From Oikopleura dioica (lineage: Eukaryota; Animalia; Chordata), in NCBI GenBank assembly GCA_907165135.1, contig OU015569.1, positions 7,130,001 through 7,194,000 of the forward strand: a stretch of 64,000 nt of DNA. Direction: 5' to 3'. Positions 39,504 to 53,623 of the stretch are shown here, in pieces. The notes below the pieces were generated by a model, which was not told where the DNA came from, made no database searches, and was given only the letters and a program-made list of their open reading frames with translations. Numbering within the stretch: position 1 is the first letter of the stretch; every line of letters begins with the position of its first letter. A program made the translations under genes and the position numbers.

Positions 39504-42500
39504 ATGCTAATAGAGCCCGATGACTTAGTGTCGTCGATCTCTTTGCATAATCGGAAGCAAAGTCATTCAATTTGGTATGAAGGTTGGCCTCACATTGCGA
39601 ATTCAGGACCGTTTTTCTTTGTTTTCAATGCAGCTGTTGCATGCGGTGTGGCTTTACATGGAGTCTCCTTTTTCCTTATTCCACTCTGTATTCTGCCGGT
39701 TGCCATGTTGAAGGCTCTTATTTGGCTGTTGACAAAATGGTCGTGTTCTATCCGATGTTATATTGAGTGCATTGACGCGACAGACGTAAATACAGCTCAT
39801 CTCGTACGAGTCAAGCCACAGCCAAATAATGGAGAGGAAGAAATTGTTAACCTCCTCACGAAGAAAAGAGTTTACGGTAGTAAACCACTCTACTTATTCG
39901 AATTCCAGAAAGTTTTGTACTTTTACGACGAGAAAAAGAATTTGTTCGTCAAACGCAAATATGATACGGAGCGAAGAGTGGAAGAATTGTATAAGCAAAA
40001 CGGAATAACTACTCAAGCTGATCTCTTCCAAGCTGTCGAAAGATATTCATTAAACAAAATGGAAATAAAACTTCCCGCATTCAAAGAACTGTTCATTGAA
40101 AGAGCGACCGCTCCGTTTTTCGTCTTTCAAGTGTTTTGCGTTGGTCTCTGGTGCCTTGATGAGTATTGGTACTATTCGTTGTTTACTCTGTTTATGCTGG
40201 TGATGTTCGAAAGTACTTTGGTGAAGCAGCAGCAAAAAATATGTCCGAAATTCGGAACATGGGGAATAAAGGCTATCCAATTTTATGTTATCGCCACAAT
40301 AAATGGATTCCACTAAGCTCTGAGGAGCTCGTACCAGGAGATATTGTATCGTTGCGCTCTGCACCCAAGAATCAAGTAACGAACAAAAGCCAACCCCAGA
40401 GACAACAAAATCCTAGACAGGCCTCTGAGCCAGACGAAAGATTGGCGCCTTGTGATCTTATTCTTTTGTCGGGAAGACTAATTTGTGATGAATCTCTTTT
40501 GACGGGCGAGTCAGTTCCTCAGGTGAAAGAAGGCATTGATCAAATCGATATGACTTCCACATTTGTTGAGGCAGACAATGGCGTGTCCGTTATTAATGGT
40601 GGCACGAAGATTCTTCAGTTCATTCCAGCTGGGAAAGACGGCCTCCCTAGCAATCTAACCGGCGCTCTTAGACCTACTGATAAGGGATGCCCGGCGTTAG
40701 TCATCCGAACGGGGTTTTCGACAACTCAAGGGCAACTTTTGCGAACTATTCTCTACGGTTCGAAGCGCGTGACTGCGAATAACAAAGAGACTGGATTGTT
40801 CATAGGCATTCTATTGATGTTTGCAATCGCAGCCTCTGCTCACTTGTACATTGAGGGGAGCAAGGATGAGACAAAATCAAAATACAAGCTATTACTGGAA
40901 TGCACATATATTCTTACTTCAGTTGTCCCTCCAGAACTTCCGATCCAACTCTCTTTGGCTGTCAATACTTCCCTGTTAGCCCTGCACAAACTTGGTCTAT
41001 TTTGTACAGAACCGTTCCGAATCCCTTATGCTGGTAAAATAGATATTGTCTGCTTCGACAAAACTGGAACACTCACTCAAGATGAAGTAGTTATTGATGG
41101 GGTCGCGGGTGTGAGAGATGATCCGAATCAAGTCGTCCCAGTAATTGACCTTTCTCCCGAAACTACAAGAGTACTCGCGGGTGCACACGCGCTTCATATG
41201 TCCGATGATAAACAACTTGTTGGAGATCCATTGGAAATTACGATTTTGAAAGAAATTAACTGGAGTCTCAAGGGAGACACTTGTGCGCCGCTGAATAAAT
41301 CCAGAGATCACAAAGCTATAAAGATCGAAAGAAAGTATTACTTTTCGTCCGCCTTGGCCAGAATGAGCACCGTTCTCAGTCATGAGCCTGATGAAAATGG
41401 AGCCAAGTATACTGCTGTCATTAAAGGCTCTGCAGAAGCCATCCGAGTGAGGCTGAAGGCTGTCCCGGAATGGTATGAAAAAACTCACAAAAAACTGGCG
41501 CGAGATGGCTACAGAGTTCTGGCATTGGGCTCACGATCGCTTGAATATGAAACGAGATCCGAGATGGTCCAGGCCGAGCGTGATCAGATTGAAAGAGACT
41601 TCGACTTCCGAGGATTTCTGGTAACCGCATCACCACTGAAAGATGATACGATTGAGGTTATAAAAGCTCTCAAGGAGTCGAGTCACTACGTCTCCATGAT
41701 TACAGGAGACGCGCAGTTGACGGCGGTTCACGTAGCGAGAAAAACCGACATGATTGTAGACGACGAAACGAAAATATACACATTCGAAAACAGGCCCGCG
41801 AAATCGGATTTCGTTTGGCGGCGACTTGATGAGGAGATTGAATTTGCAGCTTCAGAAATTCCAGATGATGATCTCTGCCTCGGTGGAAAGGGATTTACGT
41901 GGATTAGTGAAAATCATGGTGATGAGTTTTTGAGAAAACTCATTCCAAAGATTCGTGTTTTCGCGCGTGTATCGCCCAGGCAAAAAGAGACAATAATATG
42001 CGAATTGAAGGCAGCCGGATTCCATACTGTTATGTGTGGGGATGGAACGAATGATGTCGGTGCTCTCCGCCAAAGTCATGTCGGAGTAGCCCTCCTCAGT
42101 CAGACTGTTGGCGAAAAGATTGATAAACAACATTCATACATGAGAAAACAAAGAGAAATTGCGACATACGCTCGTCTCGGTATGGATGCTTAAGCTTTAC
42201 ACAATAAATATGTGGATTAAGGGCAACAACGTATCCAACAGAACCCACAGCTACAAGAGACTTATGCGAGGCTGATGGATGAGCTCGGAGAAATGGAAGG
42301 CCCACAATATGTTCAATTAGGAGATGCATCAATTGCTGCCCCTTTTACTTCAAGAAAACCTTCACCCGCTGCCGTTTTACATGTGATTAAACAGGGGCGA
42401 TGTACACTTGTCACAACATTGCAGATGTTCTCAATTTTGGCGCTGAATTCGCTCATATCTGCTTACTCTCAATCAGCACTTTACCTTAAGGTCGGTCACA

Positions 42501-43367
42501 CTTTTACGCGTACACTCGTTGATGCAGCTTTAGGGAATTAAATTTTCCGATGGACAGTATACACTCCTCGCTTTCCTGATAGCTTTATGCTTTTTATTTA
42601 TCTCGCGAGCGGAGCCTCTGGACAAGCTCTCTCGTCGACGCCCACTGCCAAATATCTTCAATTTATATTCCGTTCTGACGGTCCTCGCGCAGTTCTCAGT
42701 TCATTTTTACTGCTTGCCAACGTGGATTCAAATGGAAAGGACGTTATTTAACTATTTAGCAAGTTTTAACGATCCCCAACTAAGTTCACCGTTGTGAAAA
42801 GAGCAGAAGAGCAAGAGCCACCATCGGATGAACCGATTGATTTGGAAGCGGAGTTTGAATTGAGCCTCCTCAATTCAGCAGTTTACATTATTTCGCTTTC
42901 GATGCAGGTGCGCTCTCTGCGATAGTTAGTTGGTCGATCCTTGTTGTTTTAGGTCAATACGCTCGCTGTAAACTATAGAGGCGCGCCTTTCATGACACCG
43001 TTTATGGAGAACAAGCAACTCTTTTGGGCGCTTAGCAGCGTCGGTCTCTTTTCTCTTGCTCTCGCAAGCAATTTCTTTCCATGGGTACTATCCATAATCA
43101 AAAAGTCAAGCTCACTCAATCCCTTAGATTTCGGAATACTTCTCAATCATACATTTTCCCGTGGAGTTCAGTGACTTTATGACACAAATCGTTATATTCG
43201 TGTTGGGATTTGAAATCATATCTCATAGAAAAACACTTATTTCAGTGAAATTTTCACTAGATGTATAAGAAACGTATTTAAATCCCTCAACTGATTTCTT
43301 CGGATCATTTGCAGCAGATAAACTGCTGCAATATTTATTTGGGTATGGTTCTCTTCGCGCACTGTAG
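39504..43367 (+). CDS. ATP13A1: P5A-type ATPase (ATP13A1/Spf1)
   Basis: [15 protein letters not shown]-like segment, [23 protein letters not shown] phosphorylation motif, [21 protein letters not shown]. One homopolymer frameshift at about 40234. Confidence 0.97.
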
Positions 43368-43564
43368 ATAGAAAGAGACGGAGATGTTGCTTTTACTCCT
43401 GAATCAAATTCAAAGGAACCTTCTATGTGAAAGATGCCACTTTACTTCAAACAGTGGTTGCGCCTTCCGTTATTGAAAATTAGACTATCAAAATTAACCG
43501 ATCACATTTATCAAGAAAGCTTAACTTTCTCTATCTAGAATGAGATCTGTTTCTTGACGGGCGA

Positions 43565-46133
43565 ATGGATAATGAGGTGTTTTCGCTTTCCGTACAATTC
43601 CTGACTGGATCGTGTGTCGATTTTGATTTCAATAAAAAGACTTCCGGCGAGGAATTGCTGAGTCGATCCAAGGAATTCCATGGCATCAAACAGTATCCCA
43701 ATTTTGGTCTTCAACTAGAATCAGGAGTATGGCTCGCGAAGGAGAAGACCATAGAGAGACAATTGAAACGTGAATATGGATCTCTTAGAAACAGTCAGTT
43801 CGTGGCTAGGCTCCGAATACGATTCTGGCCTCGAAACACCGAAAAATGCTCCGCTGCTGATTTTCAATCATGTTTGTTCGCTCAAATGAAATCCGATATC
43901 GCCAGCGAACGGCTTGTCGTAACAGACAAGGAGCGCAAGGACGTAATCGTTAAAATGGGTGCCCTACAGCTGCAGATTGACCACGGAGACATGCCTGGGG
44001 AAAACTATCTATTTAATGATCAAGCTTTCATTGAAAAAGTGATTAACTATCATCGAAAATACCGAGGAATGGGGAGGAAGGAAGCAATGGAAAAATTCCT
44101 TGCGCTTGGCCAACAGCTTACCTACTATGGAGTGGAGACATTCCCAGTGCAGATGAATAGCTCCAATTTCTTCCTGGGTCTTCACTGCCATGGATACTAC
44201 CTCTGGACAAGCGACGAGTACAAAACGACCAAATGTGCGCGATTTTTTAAGTGGAACAAGATAAAAGAGTTCAGATATCGAGAAAAAAATTTCTTCATCA
44301 AATTCAAAAAGAACGTAGAATTACCTCACCAGACATTCCAATTTGCTTCCTTTACCAGAGGTACTTATTTCTACGAGTTCAGGAATAAAGCTTACTTTTG
44401 ATAGCTCGCTCTTTATTTTCCTCAATGATGGACTACCACATCTTCTACCGAGTTAAACCCAACAAAGATACAGCACGACCTCTTGCGCACAAAAAGAACC
44501 TTCCGACTCCTCCTCGAAGCCTGGAACAAATCTCTTAAAAACTCCAGCTGGTTCTCAAGAGTACATCCTTGAAACGAAAAAGCCTGACATAAGAGTTCAA
44601 GTCGATGGACATCAAAATGAACAGCTACTACGATCGCCAAGACTCGGAGTGAGCCATCAAATTATGTCTCCAGACCTTGCTCATTCAACGGTTTGTTAGT
44701 ATAATTTACTATAAACATAACTCTTCTCATAGTTCGAAACTGATCCCTTCACTCCAGTCACATCACTTTCCAATGCTTCTCTACCTGATAATGTCGGTAA
44801 GAATCGATGGGAGTACTCAATTACACCCAACTCAAGAGGAGATTTCGGCCTGCAGTTTTACGGTGGAATCGACCAAGGTAAAGTCGAATCAACAATTTTC
44901 ATAATAATTTATTTATCAGGCCTAAATCCTACAATCACTAATGCAGATCACGGATTGTTACCTGGTGACATCTTACTAAGCGTCAATGGTGTTCCTGTAA
45001 GGGAACATACCTACAATCAGATAAAGGAGTCCATACAGTCATCACTTGCTCTTGAAAGGAAAGGCTTAATATTTTTATCTTTTGAAAACGATGAAAAAAG
45101 CTGTTCATTACTTTTTCCCTGAAGTCCTTGTTAGGCTGGTTGTTGTTGTCTACCGCGAATCAAAGAGTTTCGAAGAATCCTTGAACGCCGTTAAAGAGGG
45201 AATTTTATCAGGATCTCTTGTCCGCCAGTTCGAGCAAATTCCAACTCTTCGTCACGACTTATCTAGAGCAACATCATTGCGTCAACAACATCAAGTTAAA
45301 AATCGCTATAGAGATGTACTCCCTTACGATGATACCCGAGTGAAACTCTCAAACAACACCTACATTAATGCAAGCTGGATCGATATTCATACCGGAAACT
45401 TTCACAGGTAAAATCAAAGAATCAAAAAGTGTAGACACTATCATTAGACAATGGATCGCGGCGCAGGGCCCTCTAGAAAACACAGTGAATGATTTTTGGA
45501 AATGTGTTTGGGAAACCGACGTTATTTCTATTATCATGTTGTGCAGGACAGTTGAGTGTATGCAGGACAAATGCGCCCAATACTGGCCGTCGGATTTATT
45601 TATCGCCGAAGAGTACGACTCGATTGATGTGATAATGGAGGAAGAGGAGTTCTTGGACTATGCTGTCAGGCGCATCTTCGTTCTTTGTCACAATTCGGGA
45701 AAATCTCGAAAAGGTAAGAAGAACATTCATGGCCATACTTTGTTGACATCCATTTCTAGTTTGCCACTGGCAATACACGGACTGGCCAGACCATGGCGTC
45801 CCTGACAACCCGGACGACTTTTTGAAATTCTTCCACAATGTGCGTCAACAGCTATCACCTCCAGAGCCTGTTTTGGTACACTGTTCCGCTGGTGTAGGGC
45901 GCACTGGCGTAACCATCGCGCTTGACTCGTGCATGGCGATGCTGGAGCAGCGCATTTCCGTAAATCCAATTGTAAGCATCGCAAGTGAGCTCTTTAACTT
46001 ATATTTTACTTAGAATATTGTGCAAAAAATCAGAAATCAACGATGCATGATGATACAGAACAGCGCTCAGTTTGAGATGCTGCTGAAACTCATCTCATAT
46101 ATCGCTCACAGCCGTAGAAACGAAGACTACTGA
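43565..46133 (+). CDS. FERM-PDZ protein tyrosine phosphatase (PTPN3/PTPN4-like)
   Basis: N-terminal FERM (LRIRFWP, LTYYGVE, FKWNKIK), PDZ (GDFGLQFYGG, GDILLSVNG) and PTP domain (KNRYRDVLPYD, AQGPL, WPDHGVP, HCSAGVGRTG). Confidence 0.9.
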
Positions 46134-46652
46134 TAAACTACATTCGTTACCATGTTCCTTCCCCTTTCAATTTTTCAAATCCATTCTAATATATTTCAAA
46201 TTCGCTTTGTGATTTTATTCATAAAAATACGCTTGTCAAACTCTCCTTTAGAATGCTGAGAAATAGCATTTTTAAAAATTTTACTCGAAATTGGTCGGAA
46301 AGGTTGCGTTTTGATCGCGTTAGGTAAACAAGATTATAAAGAAGCATCCTAACTGTTCTCAGTGTCCCACAACAAAGTAACGATGCTCGTTACTTGCAGA
46401 AGAACTCGTTTGATCATCGAGTTCGCAAGGCAGACTGGTATGCAAACCGATACACAGACACGCTTCACCGATACAACAAAGAAGTTCAGCACCGTCGAGC
46501 TGGTTCACCAACTGCCAATCGCGGACTGGGAGCACCTTGGGACTCAAGTGAACTCTAGAGCTTATGTCAACTTCAATATTATTAACTTATTCAAATTTTG
46601 AACAGAAAAGCTAGAGATGCCAGTTATGAACGCATTATTTTCTTATTTCAGA

Positions 46653-48516
46653 ATGCGGCGCTTTTACTGTCATCGATGTGACAGTCAAGTGCAAATTGAT
46701 GATGCACTGCTTCAATGTAGAAACTGTCAATCGGGCTTCATCGAGGAGTTGGAACAACCCCAAGAGCCCCAAGAGCCGGCACGTCGTATTAGGATTGGCA
46801 ACGAATCGGATCTCGGTCAAAGACGACAAAATGTGTTGTTCGGAGAAGGACTTGGATTCGGAAGACAAGTTTCATCCCTTCTTGAACAATTCATTGTTGG
46901 TTAGTATCTTCGTAGGAAGTATTCTTCTAAGGATTTTCAGGTCAAATAGGAACTCAATTTGGACCTCTTGGCGAAATTAGATTAGGAGCGCCTATGAATT
47001 TGAATGATTATGCCTGGGGTGCAAATGGCCTCGATGATGTGATTTCACAGGTTCGATTTCAACCTGACTTTCTCACTTACAATCAATTAAGCTGCTTTCT
47101 CAAGTCGAAGGTGGTGTTCCACCTGCCTCTGAAGAAGTTTTAGAGAGTCTCCAGCCAGAAATTTTTAACCTTGACCTGCAGAAACAATGTACAGAGGTGA
47201 GAGTCAACGTAAAATATTCTGTAATCTATTATCGTTTTAGTGCTCGGTATGTTTGACCGAGTTTGAATTGAACAATGACACGGTGATTCAACTGCCTGTG
47301 TGTGGCCACATGTTCCATCCGCCTTGTATTCGAGATTGGCTTAGGTAGAGTTTCAATTTAATTGCCTCGGCCAAAAATTTCGACCCCCTTGGACATCCGA
47401 ATATTGCCGGAAAATAATCTATTTAGCCTGGGGTTGTGTAAGTAATACTATACCTTTTTAAATGATTTCAAACGAGGCACTTCAGTACTTGTTTTGATGG
47501 TTTAACCCCTGCCCGCATATCGACCTACGCGTAGGTAAATTGACTTTCAAACGCAATTATCTCGCGTTTGGTAAATATTTTCTAAAAAGCTGACCCCCAC
47601 TTATGGTGGTACTTTTTAATGCAGAATCAGGATCTGAGGTCAAAAAAAAATTTTTTTCGAAAATTTTGGATTTTAGCCATTGAGCGAAATTTTGATCTCG
47701 AATCAATTTTCTTCCTTTTTAATTTTTCAGTTGAGTAAAATTATTAAGATAAACGCTGAGTAGATAAAACAAGTTCGGAATTCTCGATTTTTACAGTATT
47801 TATGACTGTATGAAAATATTTGAGTTGATTTTGGACGAGATTTGGAGCTCTAAAGACTTATTTTTTGATAAAAAATGGGTACTTTCGGAAAAACGACATT
47901 TATTGACATTTGACATTTGACATTTGACATTGGATCATGTCCAGAAGATAGCTCAGCCTTTTATCTTTCGATTCATGTCCTTTCGAAAATTTTATCACGA
48001 CTGAAAGACCCTCAAAAGGCCCGACCTACGCGTAGGTCGATATGCGGGCAAGGGTAACAAATTTTGCATGCGGGCAGGGGTTAAAAGTAAAAATCCGATA
48101 TAAACCGGAAATTAATAAGTCCGGAGAGGATTCTAAAAAGGTATGGTTATATATCGTTATGTAATCATCTGGCGAAGCTGCACGAAAAGAGAGTCGAGGC
48201 AATTAAATTGAAACTCTTCCTTAGGCTCCACAATAGCTGTCCTGTCTGCCGCACAACCCTTTCCGCTGAAGGACACCGGGGCAATAACACATCAGGAGCG
48301 GGTTCACCAGCATTACCCTTTGCTACTGAATTTGGTGATTGTGAATCCACGATAAAGAAAATGTTCAGTTCATTCCTCCTAGCGCGCCATCGCATTCTGC
48401 CTCTAATTTACCGCCGTCCGACAATTTCGATGCCGACGCTTTGGATTGATTCAGAGAGATTTTCTTTTCGTTCGCATTCGCATATTCGCATATTCAATCA
48501 CCTTTCCTTCAACTAA
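46653..48516 (+). CDS. RING-H2 E3 ligase RNF115/RNF126-like
   Basis: N-terminal zinc ribbon FYCHRC..CRNCQSGFIEE, DYAWG..GLDDVISQLL, and RING CSVCL..LPVCGHMFHPPCI..WL..HNSCPVCR split by an about 880-bp intron. C-terminal end uncertain. Confidence 0.9.
47506..48080. mobile_element. piggyBac-type MITE inside the last RNF intron
   Basis: TTAA on both flanks (47502-47505, 48081-48084); 13-bp TIR CCCCTGCCCGCAT; an internal 31-bp inverted copy of the left end at 48024-48054. Confidence 0.9.
47903..47930 (+). repeat. (TTGACAT)x4 tandem
   Basis: Four exact 7-bp units inside the MITE. Confidence 0.9.
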
Positions 48517-49103
48517 GTGCTCATTGTAACCGAAGAACTATCCACCAAACAAGGAGCTAAAATAACTCGAAGCAAAATGTTTGATACTTTTAGATTTGTT
48601 GTCTGTGTATTATTCTCAATTTCAAGTTTGTTACAAGTTTTAAGAGCAAAAAAAAACACATAAACTTTCTTCTCATTTCATGTCTATTTATTGTTAACAA
48701 CGGTTGATTGTATTTCATGAAAAAGCTTGTATAGAAATGCAATATCTGCTGTAAAATACTTCTTGTATAAAAATATCTTTCTATGATCGGATTGAATTAA
48801 ACTGAATCTGACAATATTGACTTATCGTTTATGAAGTCGTGAAAATCGATAAGTTGTACTTTTACGAAACATCGTAAATGCCTATTTCACATTTGCATAA
48901 GGCCACATGTCCTTAGAGTAAAGTAATGACACCTACGCCAGGTCATCATTTCCAAGGCCTATCCCGGAGCGTCACGCGTAATTACCATGGTTTCTTTTCC
49001 CTTTATTGTAATTATGAAGATGATAATCATGCTATCAACCAACATTAAAAATAAAACAAAGAATAAACCGCTGGATTTAAGAGATCGGACTTAGTGCTCT
49101 GCA

Positions 49104-51653
49104 ATGAGGTCGGTTCTGAGTTGCCTAGGATTCGTCTTCGCAATTGATACTTCACTTGAAAACGCACAGTGCTTCTGCTTGGGGATCGAAACAATGTCAA
49201 AAGTATAGTTATCGTCGATAACTCGATAACTAATCGAGAAATAAAATAAGCATTAAAATTGAAATATGTCTCGATCCGAATATTAGCGAACTATCCGGGT
49301 ATCTAGACGATTGCTCGTGCGAGATTCCAGAGCTTGACAAATACAACAACGAGGTTATCTATCCCCATCTTGCGTCCATTGTGCAGCGCGACTTCTTCCG
49401 TTATTACAAGGCAAACACGAAGCGTAAATGTAAGTTTTGGGATCTGGATTTCAAGTGCCGTTTCGCTTCCGGAGGATGCACGGTCCAAAGCTGCCCAGCT
49501 GATCAAATCCCGTCTGGCATCAAAGGAGCTCAGATCCCCGAAGATTGTGACGGAGCAGCCTACAACAAGACCAGACAAATTGAAGTCGATAAAATGTCTT
49601 TTGTCAACAGATCTATCACCGAAGAGCAAAAGTCCGCCTTCAAAGACTGGAAGAACTTCGACATGCGAGGAATCAAGTTTTGTGATGTAGACAGTGAAGA
49701 AGATCCAAACATGGGTGTGGTTTCATCTTAACTGATGTATTCTGATATCTTCACGTTTGATAATTTTAATTATAAGAGTTAACTCTTTGAAACCGTTTAT
49801 TAGAATTTATTGATTTGATTAAAAATCCGGAACGATTTACAGGGTACGATGGCGAATCTGCCCATAAAGTTTGGCGAGCGATATACGAAGAGAATTGTTT
49901 CCAGCCAGAGCCCTGGCCAATGACTCAAAACGATCTTGCCTCTTTCAATCAGAACTACGACAACGTACCTGACTCCCCATTATCTGGCTTATGTCTCGAG
50001 AAGAAAATATTCTACAGAGTGGTTTCTGGTTTACACAGGTAAGCTTTTTTGACAAGGAGATATTTGCTTATTTGTTCGTAGTTCTATCTCCCTTCATCTA
50101 TCTGCCATCTACCGCTACGAAGGTACCTTCGGCAAGATCGACTGGAACATGAATCTCGAGGAATTCAAGCGTCGCTTTGACCATTCCAAAGGAGCTACAT
50201 ACTTAAAGAATCTCTACTTCGTCTATTTACTGGAAATGCGCGCATTCGCCAAAGCGGCGCCCTACCTTTCCAAGCTCCAGTACTTCACAGCCAGGGATGT
50301 ACATTCGCAGTGGGGAAATCGCAGAAATCTTCGCAGTGCGACCTGCGAACTGCGGAATTTCGCACTTCGCAGCGCAGTCAGAGCACATGTATGCACATCG
50401 CACCGCAGTCCGCAGTTTTCGCAGAATATTCGAAAACTGCGATTTTTTCACAGTCATTTTCCGCAGTTTTTAATAAATCTCGCAGTTCGCAGACTGCGGA
50501 TTCTGCGGTCATTTTCCAGCAATTTTTTCAAGTTTTTCTCTTGAGAGTAACTGGAAAACCACGAAAAAGGCGTCGTAGGGTGGTCTCCGTTTAACCAAGC
50601 CGCCGTTCACCCAATTTTATCAAACTTTAAATCAAAACCATAATTGGGCCAAAAACAGTAAAAAATTGAATATTTTAAAAACTTAAAAATCATGGAACGG
50701 GGCTGAGACGGCCCGAAGGGCCGTCAAGCCCCTTAAACTTAAAAATCCTGGAACGGGGCTGAGACGGCCCGAAGGGCCGTCAAGCCCTTAAACTTAAAAA
50801 TCATGGAACGGGGCTGAGACGGCCCGAAGACTTAAACTCAAAAATCATTGAAGAATGTGCCCGTCATAATAATGACTTTTGACTAAAATTGCATCTCGCA
50901 GAAAATTTCGCACTTTTTCATAAAAAGTCGCAGAATTCTCCGCAGTTTCTACTTATTTTCCGCAGTTTCGCAGAAAATCGCAGAATTTTCCGCAGTTTTC
51001 TGTTTTTTTCCGCTGTTCGCAGAAAATCGCAGTCTGCGTCGCACTGCGAAGAGAAAATTTTGGATCTCGCAGTTCGCACCGCAGAAAATCCTCGAAAAAA
51101 AATCGCAGTTCGCACCGCATCGCAGTCGAAAATTTTGGAAAATGTACATCCCTGTTCACAGGCAATAGAGAAGAAGACGACTTTATGAAGGAATCTATTT
51201 CAAAACTGCTAGACAGTGTGGTCAACTTTCCGATGCACTTCGACGAAACGCAGCTTTTTAAGGGAGAACGAGCAAGCATTCTAAAGGAGGAGTTTCGATC
51301 CCGTTTCCATAATGTCACGACGATTATCGACTGCGCTGCTTGCGAAAAGTGTCGTCTCTGGGGCAAGTTACAAACTCACGGTCTCGGCACTGCCTTGAAG
51401 GTATTTAGGTGCTTCGCGATGCGATATTTACGGCTATATTAAGATCTTGTTCACTCCTGCTGAAATCACCGACTACAAGCTCGACAGAAATGAAGTCGTC
51501 GCCATGTTCAATGCGTTTGCGCGCCTATCTTCGTCGATTCACTATTTGGATCGTTTTCAGAAGATGCTTCAGAATGAACAGCTCTCAAGCGGGAGCCAGT
51601 CTACGATGTCAAAAGGCTCCCAAAAACAACCTAATTTCAAGCTTGACTTATAG
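49104..51653 (+). CDS. ERO1: ER oxidoreductin 1
   Basis: Signal peptide; CFC..SGYLDDCSC; KRKCKFW..CASGGCTVQSC; NPERFTGY; CLEKKIFYRVVSGLH; CAACEKCRLWGKLQTHGLGTALK. Interrupted by a TE at 50292-51154. Confidence 0.97.
50292..51154. mobile_element. non-autonomous hAT-type element (863 bp) inserted in an ERO1 coding exon
   Basis: 14-bp perfect TIR CAGGGATGTACATT; 8-bp TSD TTCACAGC/TTCACAGG (7 of 8 match; 50284-50291, 51155-51162); dense (T/C)CGCAG motif arrays in both arms. Confidence 0.9.
50679..50829 (+). repeat. 55-56 bp tandem repeat (about 2.7 copies) carrying a GC-rich hairpin
   Basis: Units start at 50679, 50735 and 50790; the two full units contain GACGGCCC-GAA-GGGCCGTC. Confidence 0.92.
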
Positions 51654-52462
51654 TACCGACTCACTGTATATAATCAAAACTTTATGTAGACGAAAACCTA
51701 TTTTTATCTAGCTGCATGCAGTACTTTGTAATTCGTTTCTTACGTCTTAGAGTCTTCATTTTCGTTCACTGTACTTATTTCTGTAAAGCTAAACCATCAA
51801 TTAATCGATACTTTTCCTCCTCCCTTTCTGATGCAAATATTTAATTATTTCGGTCACGGCATCTGTTTTGAGGGAAAAACCGGGCACGGACCTTTGTCTA
51901 TCGTTACAGTGATAAGTATTCGTTCTTATTCTACGTCGACTTCCAAGCAGCTACTCTTGCGTTCATCTCTACTATTATATATTTTACTATCGCTCTTTTC
52001 TTTATTGATGAATATCATCTGATTCAAAAAGAGGCAGCTATCTACTTACAGTCAATCGCTGGGTGCTTTGACTCCTTAATATTTTTATTATTTATATATT
52101 TACATTTCTTAGTACAGATATTATATTGTTCGTTTCCATCTAAGGTTATCTATTTATCTACTTTTTTCTTAACACCGTACGAGCTTTTATACTTCGAAAA
52201 TCAAATAAAAATGTCGTTCATTAATTGATTACTCTCCCCTAAAGTACTATCAAAGTAAACAGGCGTTGTTTCGGCAACACCAAGCCTGTCTTTTTCCGTT
52301 TCATTCTTTGTCTCGATTTGAGTTATTTCAAGTGCTAATGACGCCGCAGCGGGCGTCAAGTATGTTTTTCTGTAAATGATGCTGCCTATTTAATTTATGC
52401 CATTGTGTGTAATAGATAGTTCAGAAGAAATAAATGTGTATCTTTCATTTTTTACTTAAAGA

Positions 52463-53623
<1,161 letters not shown>

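Noticed and set aside
42716-42784. Exotic CC-AG or GC-AA intron in ATP13A1 giving a gap-free alignment
   Set aside because: A GAAAGG donor at 42735 with end-pairing gives an in-frame GA-AG intron (+6 residues), which is the simpler explanation.
50679-50829. CRISPR-like repeat array
   Set aside because: Units are contiguous near-identical tandems with no unique spacers, there are no cas genes, and the genome is eukaryotic.
50149-51366. ORFs on both strands across the ERO1 insertion
   Set aside because: They are translations of the CGCAG arrays; no transposase motifs.
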